A stretch of DNA of 64,000 bases, taken from Babesia bigemina. Taxonomy: Eukaryota. The stretch lies in contig NC_027218.1 of NCBI RefSeq assembly GCF_000981445.1, forward strand, positions 806,001 through 870,000. The letters are read 5' to 3'. Below the pieces are notes generated by a model that had not been told where the DNA came from, ran no database searches, and saw nothing but the letters and a program-made list of their open reading frames with translations. Shown piece by piece: positions 11,955 through 23,283 of the stretch; the stretch's first letter is position 1; every line of letters begins with the position of its first letter. The translations under genes and the position numbers were made by a program.

Positions 11955-14900
11955 ATGAGTGACTCCGGCGCGCCGGACGCTGCAGAGGCAGCCTCGGAGC
12001 TCAAGCGCAAGAGAGTGAGTTCCATTGAAGATGAAACCGAGGAGGAACAGCCTGACGCGGTGGATGTCCCATCGAAGAGCCCCTTCAAGGCGGCACGCGT
12101 CGAGTCAGCTGACTACAAGTCAATTCGCTCAAAGTACCTCGACACCATGGCCGAGGAGTCGGAGGAAGACGCCGCTGCGGCCGCCGACCGCGAGTCAGAT
12201 TCCGAGTCGGACTCCGACGATGAGGCGGAGCTAGGCTCCGAAATACCCGACGAGATGAAGGGGTTCATCGTCGACAAGGTCGACGATGACGAGGTGTCCG
12301 TGGAGTCAGACGTCTCGGACGTCGAGTACGACCCGGACGTGTTGGACGACGACGATCTGGCGCTCATTGCCGAGAACACCGGCGCCAAGTTCGAGCAGGA
12401 GGATGACGACTACGGGGCCAAGCAGCTGCGACGCCTGAAGAAGGGGTCGGCGGTCGCGAAGCGCCAGGAGGAGTACGACAACTGGCTGGAGGATGAGTAC
12501 ATCGAACAGGGCGACCTGGACCTGTCCGACATCTGGGCGACGGTCGCCGAGTGCTTCGGCGACGTTGACCTTGTGGTACAGATTCTGAAGAACGAGCGCA
12601 CCGTGCAGCCCAGAGAAGAGGCCGCGGTGTCCGACTACGAGTCGGAGTATGTGGAGCCGGCCACCCAGGAGGTGACTCTGGAGAGCCTAGCCGACCCGGA
12701 CGAGTTGGCGAAGGAGTACATGACCAAGCAGGACGAGGCCATCCGCGAGCACGACGAACCCGAGCGCCTTTACATACGCTACAGAAACCGACCCCGCCAC
12801 ACTGACGATCGGGAGATTAAGGACGAGGCACAGTGGATCGCCCGCCGCCTGATAAGCGAGTTCTCAGACGACCTGTCTGTGGAACGCGTGCGCAAGATGT
12901 ACGACCTCGTGTTCCGGGGCACATACCCCTCTCCACAGATCTCGCCGGAGGAGGACATTCGTGAGAAGTGTGAGATGGTCCTGGTGTGGCTGCTGAACGA
13001 GCGTTGGGAGGTGCCCTTCATCCTCCACCACAAGCGCCACCTGATTTGTCCGCCGCTCACGGACGATATCGTGTGGCGGGTGTACCACCTGGACGCCGAG
13101 TGGATTAAGCTGAAAACAATGGCGGAACGCATCAAAGACATTATCGACCGCATAGGCTACGAGGAGCTGCCGAACGACGTTTTGTACTACGCCCTCAACT
13201 TCAACACGCTGGAGGACCTGCAGGACGTCAACGGCCACCTGCGCTACCACCATCGCAAGGCGATGTACGAGGAGACTCCCGTCGAGGACCAGCCTCCGGA
13301 GAAACCGCTGCAGCCGGCCATACCCGCAGAGGACCCCGTTCCCCTTGAGGACGGTATCATGGGTGATGACATAGAGGACGAGGACGACGTGTTTGGTGAT
13401 TTCGCCTTTGGCGGGCACACGCTCGAGACCACCGCGGACCCGCAGCATTTCCGATCGCCCAGTTCGGTGCCGATTTCGCCCATGTCCGCAATGTCGTCGC
13501 CCTTGGACCGCATGGACGACCCAGCGGAACCCGTGCACGGCGATGCCGGGCCGAGGATATTGCCAGCCAAGAAAACGAGCATCATCCCCCCAGACTCGCC
13601 GGCAGAAGGCGACCCATTTGATGAAACGAACCAGGAATTCGGCAGCGGCGACGATGAGAACCACGACCTCAGTGGCCGTGTGGCCGAGAGGGGCGGCGGT
13701 GACAACGGCGACGTCGATGACGAAGCCCAGCTGGATGATGACGACGACGACGATGACACTGACCATCACGCCGACAATCGCGAGGGGCTGGACATGTCAG
13801 CCGATGATATGTCGGACGACGAAGATGTGGACATGGATGTCGATGGCAACCAGCGGTCTGACCACGCGCCTGCGCACAGCACTGACCTGCTGGAAATGGA
13901 CGACGACCACCTCAAGGACGACTACGAAGAGGAGGATGAGCTCCCAGACCATCGCATAACTGAGATTGCCACGTCGATGAAGTCGCTTGAGGTCCAAACT
14001 ACCACAAAACGACCCCACATGAAGCAGCGCAGCGTCGACATGCACCTGATCGACACCATCGAGAAAGGAGGCTTCCACGAGCTGTGGCGCGGCTACATCG
14101 CCGACGCGCGACAGTTCGCCACGGTACTCGAGAAATCGCTAACGCCCGGCTCCACGGAGCTGCGCATACAGATGGATCAGGTGCGGGCGCAGTGGAAGGA
14201 GCTTGGCGCCGTTGGCATGCTCGACGCGCCGTCCATCATCGAGGGGAGCGAGGAGCAGCAGGTGGAGGACATGTGTGCGCAATTCTGCAGGCCGCCCTAC
14301 AGCGGCGGCAAGCGCCTGTACACGGCGCTGGTGAGTTACCACACGAAGATGCTGGCACACGACATCACCATACGCCGCTTGCTGCGTGAATACTATCGCA
14401 ACTACTGCAGCATCACCTGCACCACCACCACCAAGGGTGAGGCGGAAGTGGACGTGGCGGACGCCTCGTGGCCTGCCAGGCGGCTCTATCGGATGCCGCT
14501 GCGCGAGTTGACCACGTACCGGCAGGTGCACTACTCGTACCCCACTTCCGCGACGACGCGTGAGGAGCGGTACCGCATCCTGGACTCCCATCGCCGCGGC
14601 ACGGCCTTGGCGGAGATGTACCTCCAGATCGTGCAGCTGGAGAAGGAGGGCGCAATCAAGTGCACCATCCACCCGATATGCGCGCAGGAGGTGCCCGCGT
14701 GGAAGGCGGACGGGTTCGGCGACCGCTTCGCGGAGTGGTACGAGCGTTACAAGGTGGTGACGTACAGCGGCAACCAGCTGGTCAGCGAGAGTTACCGCAC
14801 CCGCATGGGCGAGCAGAAGGCCATCCTGGAGAAGGAGGAGATGCTCCTGAAAGACGCCGAGGAGCGCGATAAGCAGTGGCGCCGCCAACTGCTGGACCAG

Positions 14901-17351
14901 CTGGTCATGGCCTACTGCCCGTCAAACGTACCCACTTACAGCATATGGCGCCACATACAGAAGGAGATTTTGAGTCGCCTGATCAACGTGGAGTTGATCC
15001 CCAAGTTCCGCATGGAGATACGCGAGGAGCTCTGGCGCAACGCGCAGTCCTTCGTTCTGCTGCACTGCCAGCGCATGCTGCAGTACAAGCTGGACGTGAA
15101 CCCGTCGCCCAGCGAAACGGTGCTGGCGCTGGCGGTGGATGCAGAGCCGCAGCGCGTCTACGCAACCGTAGTGAACGAGTTTGGCGACATGAAGGACTAC
15201 AAGAGGCTGGACCGGTTAATCGCTCACCCAATAATGCCCCGTAATGCGACCCCCTCCAACCCCCTTTTCAAGGAGGTGATGGAGGATATAGACGTCCTGT
15301 GCGACATGGTGGCCAACTTCCGCATCTCGGTGGTGCTGGTTGCGATGTCCAACACGGGCGCTGTCACGCTGTACAACCGATTAGAGACGTACATGGTCCC
15401 TAACATCAAAGTCCCGCTGACAATCAAGAAGCTGGACGTGGAGGTGCCGCGTCTACGCGTCAGCATGCTGCCAAGGGCCAGCGTGAACGATTTGTGCCTG
15501 TCGATGGCGCGCTGGTACATCGACCCCGTCGCCGAGACGCTGAACCTGTGGAGCCAGAACAGCACCAACCTGCTTCTCAAGCTGAACCTACATCCGTTCC
15601 AGCACGTCATCAGCCAGGAGAAGCTCCAGGAGTACCTGGAGTGCACGTTGGTCCACATGGTCTGCCATTTCGGAGTGGACATCAACCGTGTGAAGAATTC
15701 GAAGCATCTGGAGGCGACCCTGCAGTTCGTCGCTGGTTTGGGCCCACGCAAGACCATGGACGTGCTGCGCTTGCTTAAGATCGCCGCCATTGGAACCCGC
15801 AGCCAGCTACGCATGGGCCAAGCGGCCATCCGCGGTTTGGGCGAGCTTGTGTTCTACAACTGCGCCTCCTTCATCAAGATCAGCTCCAACGAGGCCATGG
15901 ACATCCTGGACACCACGCGTTTGCATCCCGTGGAGTGCTACTACACGGCCGAGAAGCTGTGCACGGACTCGCTCGACTATGACCTCGGCGGCGAGGAGGC
16001 CATCCAGGAAATTTTCAACAACCCCAAGAGGCTGGACGACCTGGACTTGGAGGCGTACAGCAGCCTCCTCATGGAGAAGCGCAGCATGCCCCGCATGCTG
16101 CCATACTTATTGTTCGTGAAGCACGAGCTACAGTCACCTTTCCACGACTACCGCGCTGATCTGCAGGAGTTGCGCGAAGAGGAGGAGTTTTGCCTCGCGC
16201 TGCAGATCGACCACCTCCTGCTACGTCGCGGCGCCCATGTGATGTGCCGCCTCGAGGAGGTGTACGAACACACGATACGCGCCTGCGTGCTGCCGCTGGA
16301 GCTCAAGGCGCACGTGGTGGACTACCGGAATTTCCGCGATGACGTCTACCGCATATCCAAGGAACAAAACCGCACCATCCAGTTGCGCGGCATTTGCATC
16401 AGTGCGCGCGTTTCCAACGTGGAGTACGCGCCGAACTTCGAAAATGGGCGCTGCGCGTACCGCGTGGAGGTGGCGCTGACCGGTCAGCAGCGGCGCTACC
16501 TTCTGCTTGACCTCTTCGACGATGTGAAGCGCGTGCTGGGCATCCGCGAGGACCACCTGTCGCCCCTGGTCCACTTCGACGTCAACTATTCCAAAAAGCC
16601 GATGCTGAACGAGCACTCCGAGAAGCACAAGATCCACTACCGCCGTGTGATCCGGCACCCCAGTTACCGCATGTGGCCGCTGAACAAGATCGTCGCCTTC
16701 CTGAAGCAGCCTGAGATCGGCATCGGCGAGTGCTGCATATGCCCGATGAGCGAGTGGGACCGTTTGAACCTGGTGATAAAGACATGCGCCGAGCCCTTCA
16801 ACTGCGCGACCTTCGTCATCCACGAGCGTAACCAGAGGGTGCCCGGCGAGCTGGGCAAGGAGCTGATACTGCTGAACCAGACCTACACGTCAATTGACCA
16901 GATTATCGCGCAGTTCTGCGAGACACTGAAGCTCAACTTGGAAGAAATCTATATGCACCCCAAGTTCAAGCACTCCACCGACATCAGCAAGGCGGAGCGC
17001 GACCTCATCCAGGAGAGCGCCATGCGCCCTGATGGCATCGCATGGGCGATTTTGCCCCCCCACCCGATGCAGCACAGGGGCTCTCAGGTGCGCTACAACC
17101 CGCTGAGGTTCACGCTGCTGGTGATGCCGCCGAGCATGGAGCTCACCCAGGGCGCGCGCAGCCTGCAGGACTCCATCTACGTGGACCACCGCAGCTTCAA
17201 GCTATGGACGCACCACGAGAAGTCGCTCGCGTCGCTGATCAAGTGGTGGAAGCAGGTGGGGTACTGGAATCGCAACCGCCATCGTGAGCTGTACAACCAG
17301 GAGAAAGCTGCCCTGATGCGGCAGGGGGCGGCGCCGCAGATGCGCCACTAA
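11955..17351 (+). CDS. SPT6: Transcription elongation factor / histone chaperone SPT6 (1798 aa)
   Basis: Acidic N-terminus with LDDDDLALIAENTG; DEAIREHDEPER; EVPFILHHKR; LNLHPFQ; GVDINR; LQFVAGLGPRK (HhH); FYNCASFIKI; LDTTRLHP; LDDLDLEAYS; SH2-like C-terminus (RRVIRHPSY). Confidence 0.95.
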   Translation: MSDSGAPDAAEAASELKRKRVSSIEDETEEEQPDAVDVPSKSPFKAARVESADYKSIRSKYLDTMAEESEEDAAAAADRESDSESDSDDEAELGSEIPDEMKGFIVDKVDDDEVSVESDVSDVEYDPDVLDDDDLALIAENTGAKFEQEDDDYGAKQLRRLKKGSAVAKRQEEYDNWLEDEYIEQGDLDLSDIWATVAECFGDVDLVVQILKNERTVQPREEAAVSDYESEYVEPATQEVTLESLADPDELAKEYMTKQDEAIREHDEPERLYIRYRNRPRHTDDREIKDEAQWIARRLISEFSDDLSVERVRKMYDLVFRGTYPSPQISPEEDIREKCEMVLVWLLNERWEVPFILHHKRHLICPPLTDDIVWRVYHLDAEWIKLKTMAERIKDIIDRIGYEELPNDVLYYALNFNTLEDLQDVNGHLRYHHRKAMYEETPVEDQPPEKPLQPAIPAEDPVPLEDGIMGDDIEDEDDVFGDFAFGGHTLETTADPQHFRSPSSVPISPMSAMSSPLDRMDDPAEPVHGDAGPRILPAKKTSIIPPDSPAEGDPFDETNQEFGSGDDENHDLSGRVAERGGGDNGDVDDEAQLDDDDDDDDTDHHADNREGLDMSADDMSDDEDVDMDVDGNQRSDHAPAHSTDLLEMDDDHLKDDYEEEDELPDHRITEIATSMKSLEVQTTTKRPHMKQRSVDMHLIDTIEKGGFHELWRGYIADARQFATVLEKSLTPGSTELRIQMDQVRAQWKELGAVGMLDAPSIIEGSEEQQVEDMCAQFCRPPYSGGKRLYTALVSYHTKMLAHDITIRRLLREYYRNYCSITCTTTTKGEAEVDVADASWPARRLYRMPLRELTTYRQVHYSYPTSATTREERYRILDSHRRGTALAEMYLQIVQLEKEGAIKCTIHPICAQEVPAWKADGFGDRFAEWYERYKVVTYSGNQLVSESYRTRMGEQKAILEKEEMLLKDAEERDKQWRRQLLDQLVMAYCPSNVPTYSIWRHIQKEILSRLINVELIPKFRMEIREELWRNAQSFVLLHCQRMLQYKLDVNPSPSETVLALAVDAEPQRVYATVVNEFGDMKDYKRLDRLIAHPIMPRNATPSNPLFKEVMEDIDVLCDMVANFRISVVLVAMSNTGAVTLYNRLETYMVPNIKVPLTIKKLDVEVPRLRVSMLPRASVNDLCLSMARWYIDPVAETLNLWSQNSTNLLLKLNLHPFQHVISQEKLQEYLECTLVHMVCHFGVDINRVKNSKHLEATLQFVAGLGPRKTMDVLRLLKIAAIGTRSQLRMGQAAIRGLGELVFYNCASFIKISSNEAMDILDTTRLHPVECYYTAEKLCTDSLDYDLGGEEAIQEIFNNPKRLDDLDLEAYSSLLMEKRSMPRMLPYLLFVKHELQSPFHDYRADLQELREEEEFCLALQIDHLLLRRGAHVMCRLEEVYEHTIRACVLPLELKAHVVDYRNFRDDVYRISKEQNRTIQLRGICISARVSNVEYAPNFENGRCAYRVEVALTGQQRRYLLLDLFDDVKRVLGIREDHLSPLVHFDVNYSKKPMLNEHSEKHKIHYRRVIRHPSYRMWPLNKIVAFLKQPEIGIGECCICPMSEWDRLNLVIKTCAEPFNCATFVIHERNQRVPGELGKELILLNQTYTSIDQIIAQFCETLKLNLEEIYMHPKFKHSTDISKAERDLIQESAMRPDGIAWAILPPHPMQHRGSQVRYNPLRFTLLVMPPSMELTQGARSLQDSIYVDHRSFKLWTHHEKSLASLIKWWKQVGYWNRNRHRELYNQEKAALMRQGAAPQMRH

Positions 17352-17859
17352 GACAACGGCAGTATAATGTTTCAGCATTTGTATAACACGTGCGCGATGC
17401 GGCAGTCGGTAGAGGTGTAGTGGGCCCACATACGTGGTGTTTGGGTGCCGATCGGCATGAAGTCTGAGGTCGCTATGGTACTGAATCTCATCTCCCGCGT
17501 GACCTATTATGGGCGGCGTATACTCTCAACAGATGCGTATATACACGTGTACGTGATCTCCAGTACGTGCCACATCAGTCGTTACGATGCCAGTGCTGTC
17601 ATCAGTGGATTCACGGTGCTTAAGCGTGGCGACGGCGACCGTTGCCGCGGTACACCGCATATGCGTTGTATGTGCGAAACTGATAACCCGAACGTATAAA
17701 TATTGCCCTTTGGTTAATAACGGCCAAGTTTACGCCCGGGAGTGACTCTTGATGTGGGCTCGTGGCTCGCGCCCACGCCTGCCAACGCGCATCCGCCGGC
17801 GCCGCGCCCGTCAGGCAGCAAGCGCGCCATTTTCAAACATACACAGAGACACATTTTCC

Positions 17860-18429
17860 ATGTTCAGGATTGGGTCGCTGGGCGGCTTTGCCGCGCTCAG
17901 GGGCGGCCTCGGCGGCGCCAGGCCGCAAGTGCCCACCTGCCGCCAGCCCTGCGGCTCCCGCGCGGCATCCAGCGACGTTTCGGCGAGCGCTGGACCATTA
18001 TCGAGGCCCGCAAGCGGAGACGTCAAGCTCTACGCCCCGTACATCGTGAAGGAGGTGCAGCCTCCACGTGGAGGCAGCCCGGTCTACTGGAGCGTGCGCC
18101 GCGGCATTTTCAGAGCCAAGACCAACTTCATGCTCCTGTCGCGACAGTTGCGCTGGAACATCTGCCTGGTGCGCGCGTCGTTTGCCGGCGTGCCGAAGCA
18201 ATCGTACGACCCGAAGATCAACCAGTGGGTCAAGCTAATGGACAACGAGGAGTGGGGAGGCGTCGGAGGCCGGCTGTGGGTCGACATCTCCAACCACTTC
18301 ATGTTCAACATCTTCCTGGCGTTCGTGCTCTACTCGTGCTACTTCCGCTTCATCACGAACAACAAGCACAACGTCTTCGCGAAATGGGCGAGCTCTGAGG
18401 AGGAGGGCGACGACGACGACGACGAATGA
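17860..18429 (+). CDS. Small probable mitochondrial inner-membrane protein (N-terminal Arg/Gly-rich presequence, one TM)
   Basis: MFRIGSLGGFAALRGG... presequence-like; TM FMFNIFLAFVLYSCYF; acidic tail; strong GC3 bias. Family not identified. Confidence 0.65.
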   Translation: MFRIGSLGGFAALRGGLGGARPQVPTCRQPCGSRAASSDVSASAGPLSRPASGDVKLYAPYIVKEVQPPRGGSPVYWSVRRGIFRAKTNFMLLSRQLRWNICLVRASFAGVPKQSYDPKINQWVKLMDNEEWGGVGGRLWVDISNHFMFNIFLAFVLYSCYFRFITNNKHNVFAKWASSEEEGDDDDDE

Positions 18430-18663
18430 CTCCAATCTTAGGCCGTACGGCATTGGTACTGTACTCTAATGTGTAATCACAGCACGCGTTGGCGTTATAG
18501 CCGTAGCAGTTGCCGCTTTGGGTCCCCCATGGCCGCAGGGCCGCCGGGCGCGTGGTAGACACGGGCACTGCACATCCACCGCAGCTTCCACTTCCGAAGC
18601 TGGGCGCCCAGAGGGGTGCATTCGTTCGACGCTTACTTCGTCAGCAAGAAGCCCAGAGCAGCC

Positions 18664-21041
18664 ATGAGCCGCAGGGGCTCGCGCTCGAGGTCGGATTCGC
18701 GACGTCGCGGATCGCCGTCGTCACGCAAGTCCAGCCGACGCAAGGAACGCGATTCACGCAGGTCGCGCGACCGCTCATTCGAACGCAGCTCGCACTGGAA
18801 GGAGCGAGTTAGCCGACGCGGCATCCTTGCCTCCTCGGAGAAGAGCGCAAGCTCGCGGAAGGCCAGAGAGGAGCAGCGGTTCCTCGAAGTCGGCGACGAC
18901 AGCCATGTTTTCTCAACGCTGGACCTCATGTTCGTGGTCGGCAAGCACCTGCTGAAGCTCCGGGACAACGAGGAGCTGCCGCTGAATGTGTACGAGCTCA
19001 GGAGAAGGATGAGCGACTACTTCGAGGGGCCGCACAGGCTCAGATTTAGCACGGTGTGCAGCATCAACGTGCTGTCGAACCTCCTGAAGTATATGCACCT
19101 GGGTACGGTCACCGAGCAGGAACAGCCCGCCGCCAAGGTACCGCCCGAGAGCCAGGGTGAAACGCCCAGGTCGCATGACCATGGATCCAGGACGGAATCC
19201 GCGCACACGGCTGAGGACAGCGCCCTCTCGAATGCGGATGGCGTCAGCGTGGCAGAATCGCACGCGACGAATGACGTGGCGGGTGTTGAAGGGGTGCCAG
19301 ATGCCAATGGAGATGCGGATAAGGAAGACACAGTTGACAACAAGGTGGAGCCTGACAATGATGGTAACACCGGGAATGGCGAGGGGGTTGCCGGTGAAGA
19401 CAAGGCTGCTGAGCAGCCATCGCCGTTAGAGGTTTACCTGGACGGGCTGCCGGAAGTGTCCGACCAGTCGTTCAGGGACGTCAAGTTCCACCACTCGCTT
19501 GTACAGCTCGAGCTGCAACACGGGGTATTGCGCGTGATGGATGTGAGAGGACAGCTGCTGAAGCGCATTCTGCTGCGCAATCGCAAGAAGCAGCGGGTTG
19601 TGGACGTCGCAGACGCCCTCGCCACGGAGTCCATAATCACCACGGGCAGGGACCATCCGAGCAGAGAGGACCTCGACACTTCGCGCTCAGCGACGGTTGA
19701 CGACTATGACCTGACCAACCTGACTGGGCGTGTGTATCCGATAAAGGGGGGCTCGAAGAAGGCAGCGGACGATGCAGACGAAATGAACGTAGATGACAAC
19801 ATCGCTGTGTCATGGCAAACTTCAACAGATACAGAAACGAGGGGACTGCAATCCGGCAAGGGCCGTGGCGGCAGCGATAAAGACGGTGAGGACACCAGCA
19901 AGGAGCTGGGCCGTGACGTGCGTAGAACGGAGGGGATGCGTGAATCGGGTAGGGGAACTTCGTTGTCTGCACGCTCAGACGACCCGCCGTATGACCTGGA
20001 CGGGCTGTACAAGGTGCTCTACCAGACGCCCGCACGCGAACTGAAGCGCATTGCGCACTTCCAGTTGAAGGAGCAGAGTGGCTTCAGAGAAATATGCACG
20101 TACGGCACACGGGCGGACTGCCGTATGCAGAACTACATGTCGCTCATGTGCAACAAGATCCATTTCAAGCGCATCATCCTCCCGAACACGCTGGTGCAGC
20201 TGGGGGACTGCTCTTACCTGGACACGTGCCGGCACATTGAGACCTGCCGGTTCGTGCACTACCAGGTGGAAAGCGACATACCGCCACGTGCGCCGGTGGA
20301 CGAGGTCTCGCAAGGCCAGTGGATATGCTGCGACGTGAGGAAGCTCGACTTCTCGATATTCAACCCCTTCGTGTCGGTGGTCATGGCAGACCCGCCATGG
20401 GACATCCACATGGACCTCCCGTACGGCACCATGAAGGACTCGGAGATGCGACACCTGAAGGTGCAGAACATCCAAAGCGAAGGGCTGCTGTTCCTCTGGG
20501 TCACCGGACGCACGCTGGAGGTCGGCCGCGAGTGCATGGAGATTTGGGGATATAGGCAGATGGACGAGATCGTGTGGGTCAAGACGAACCAGCTGCAACG
20601 CATCATCCGCACTGGACGGACGGGGCACTGGATCAACCACTCCAAGGAGCACTGCCTCATCGGGATAAAGGGCAACCCCGTGATAAACCGCTACCTGGAC
20701 TGCGACGTCGTGGTGTCCGAAGTACGCGAGACCTCACGGAAGCCCGACGAGATTTACGGGATCATCGAGCGCATGGTGCCTGGGGCACTCAAGTTGGAGA
20801 TCTTCGGCAGGAGCCACAACGTGCGCAACAACTGGATCACCCTCGGTAGGTCGCAATGACTGGAGCGCCTAACATCGTTGCAGGCAACCAGCTTGACGGA
20901 TACAAGCTGACGCACCCCGAGATAAAGAAGCGGTACGAGGAAATATTGGCCAAGGGCGACGCGACCGCCGCCGCGCCGGCGAATGCGCCCCAGCCGGCCG
21001 CCGATGCCGCCAACACTAGCAACCCCGAAACAGTAATGTAG
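18664..21041 (+). CDS. METTL3: mRNA N6-adenosine methyltransferase catalytic subunit (MT-A70), one 3' intron (~20848-20883)
   Basis: CCCH zinc fingers (CNKIHFKRII...GDCSYLDTCRHIETCRFVHY), catalytic MADPPWDIHM, WVKTNQLQRIIRTGRTGHWINHSKEHCL, and spliced WITLG/NQLDG. Confidence 0.96.
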
Positions 21042-21081
21042 TGCAGTATTATAGCCCCTTTGAGGCCCGTGAGTTTCGCCG

Positions 21082-22050
21082 TCACGGCAGCGGACGCTTG
21101 GCCATGACGCTGTAAAAGTCCTCGAAGGACAGCAGGCCGTCGCCGTTGGAATCCGATCTGTGTATCATGTCCCGCAGTTCCTCGTCCGATATAAACTCGC
21201 CAAGCTCGGTGGCGACCTTTTTGAGGTTCTTGAAGGAAATCGACCCCGTGTTGTCCTGGTCGAAGAGGTTGAATATGCGCCGGATGCCCTCCTTGCTGTC
21301 GCGGTTGCCCAGCTTCAGCGTGATGGAGTCCAGGAAGTCGTTGAAGTCGATCTGCGTGGACCCGCTCTTCTCCAGGTCGGCGACTATCTGGTACACCAGA
21401 GGGTTCTTTTTGTCAATTCCCAGGCTCTGCATGGCGCACTTGATCTCCCTAGGATCGATGGTGCCTGCATGGTGATTAGCGTTGAACACAAGGGCAAGGC
21501 CGTGGTCCGTGCAATTGTGTAACCATATGCTTCACGCACGAAACACCTTTTTCATAACAGATACACGCAGAAGTTACGGTGTAGCGCCGATGACACCACT
21601 AAACGTATGCAAAGAAAGTCCCGAAAAGGGCCGCATCAAACATCGTCACCAGGGTGAGCCACAAATGCTGACATACGAGATTCCACAGAACATTTCAAGG
21701 TCTCAAAAGCCTCAAATACCATATACACACAAGCATTCGCATTTTAGGCAGGAGTAGACATGCATTACAGGCGGTCGTACGGCATATACACGACCGCGTC
21801 ATTGCGTGAGCGACGTTGTTGCCATGGTTGCAGCCGTTCAGCGTCGGCCCAAACAAGTCGCACATACACGGCATTTATGCACGAAATACCAGCAGTAATC
21901 ACGGGTACAAAGCTCCATGGACTAGATCCTACCTGAGCCGTCGGTGTCGAAGAGGTTGAATGCCTCCTGCATCTCGTACACCTCGTCGTCAGTCAGCCCG
22001 GTGTGCCCGGCCGCTGCGGCCTCGCCGTAGTCGCGCCGGCCGATGGTCAT
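21082..22050 (-). CDS. Centrin (EF-hand), 2 exons, 468-nt intron 21465-21932
   Basis: Exon 1 MTIGRR...GLTDDEVYEMQEAFNLFDTDGSG is spliced to TIDPREIKCAMQSLG...IFNLFDQDNTGSISFKNLKKVATELGE...DSNGDGLLSFEDF. Confidence 0.92.
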
Positions 22051-22108
22051 CTTGCGGAGCTTTTGTTTGAAGTAGATGTGTGTCCCCACGGACGACGCGC
22101 GGCGTCAC

Positions 22109-23049
22109 CTAGGAGCGCAGGCGCCTCATTCGCTCGAGGAGATCGTCGAGTTCCGTGTGCTGTGCCACGATGTGTTTCGCCGTAGGAGGGTGTACCTTTT
22201 CCGTCGGCGCTAAGCCCTTCGCAGCCGCTGAACGCAATTGGACGCCACGCCGACACACTTACCGGCTTTGGGCCTGGTGTTGGAGCGCACGAGCCGCGTC
22301 ACACGCTCTATCTGCTGCTGGACCTCCTGCGGAGTGGGCGGTCTCGGGCTCAGCTTTCGTAGAAGCTGCGTGATGGTGTGTGCGGACGCGGTGACGGTAT
22401 TACCACTTCGTCAGGGGCGGCGGTGAAGTCCTTCCCGTACAGCTGGCGCAGCGCCTTCACGATCACGCGCAGCTCAGGCACATCTGCGGTGCGCGTTTAG
22501 GCCAGAGGGGGGCCGGAATACCTAGCCGATCGGCGCAGTGGATGATTGTCGCTAGACACGGCTTGAGCTGCTCGTCGACTTGCGGTCCCAGGAGGTGCTG
22601 CGCTCCGTTAACACAAATCGCGTGGGTGCGTGACGTTGCGCACATGCAGTAGGTGCCGCAGGTAATCACGCCCCCAGCCTACCTTGCGTGTTTTGAGCAG
22701 GTTGAGGTCCTTGATGAGGTGGTCGATGGCCTGCAGGGTGGCCTCCTGGTAGATGCTCTGCTCCCCCTTTATTTGGACGTCGTCGGAGTTGCTGGGGCAG
22801 GTTTGGTCCACAGAGGGAGCGTGCGGTTACCTGTTGATTGCCTGGTACGTCGTTGCCAGCTCGTTTTCCATCCGCTTACGGAGCAGCTGCACTGCGCAGG
22901 TTGAGGAGCGGTGATCGGCTCCCGACGCTCACCTCGGCAGCACGCCAGGTCGACGTTCCTGGTCAATTCGCCCTTGCATTTGTCGAGGTGCTTAGACGCT
23001 GCGGCGCAGATTAGATAGCTCGACGGCTGAGGATACCTGAGGCACCCAT
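22109..23049 (-). CDS. IST1: IST1-like ESCRT-III / Vps4 regulator, highly intron-fragmented
   Basis: Manual splicing gives ...LACCR/VQLLRKRMENEL.../IYQEATLQAIDHL.../CLATIIHCADRL/DVPELRVIVKALRQLYGKDF.../LLRKLSPRPPTPQEV.../ELDDLLERMRRLRS*, i.e. an IST1 core plus a C-terminal MIM1-like motif. Confidence 0.75.
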
Positions 23050-23283
23050 TGCTGTAGCTACACACTTGCGATGTCTAGACACGAAATAGCGCACTAAGCG
23101 GCGCTGACGCACGGGCACTAGTCGCTGCGCTGCGCGCCCTTCGGCCCTGGCACGTCTCGCCACGCAAATGACGCGCACCTGCTCCCGCGACTGCACGGCA
23201 AGGCGACGCGACTAGGCACTCTATATCCGCTACTTTCCTGGCCGTATGCGGAGTTCGCGCATGTGGCAGAATATGTGTGCGAA

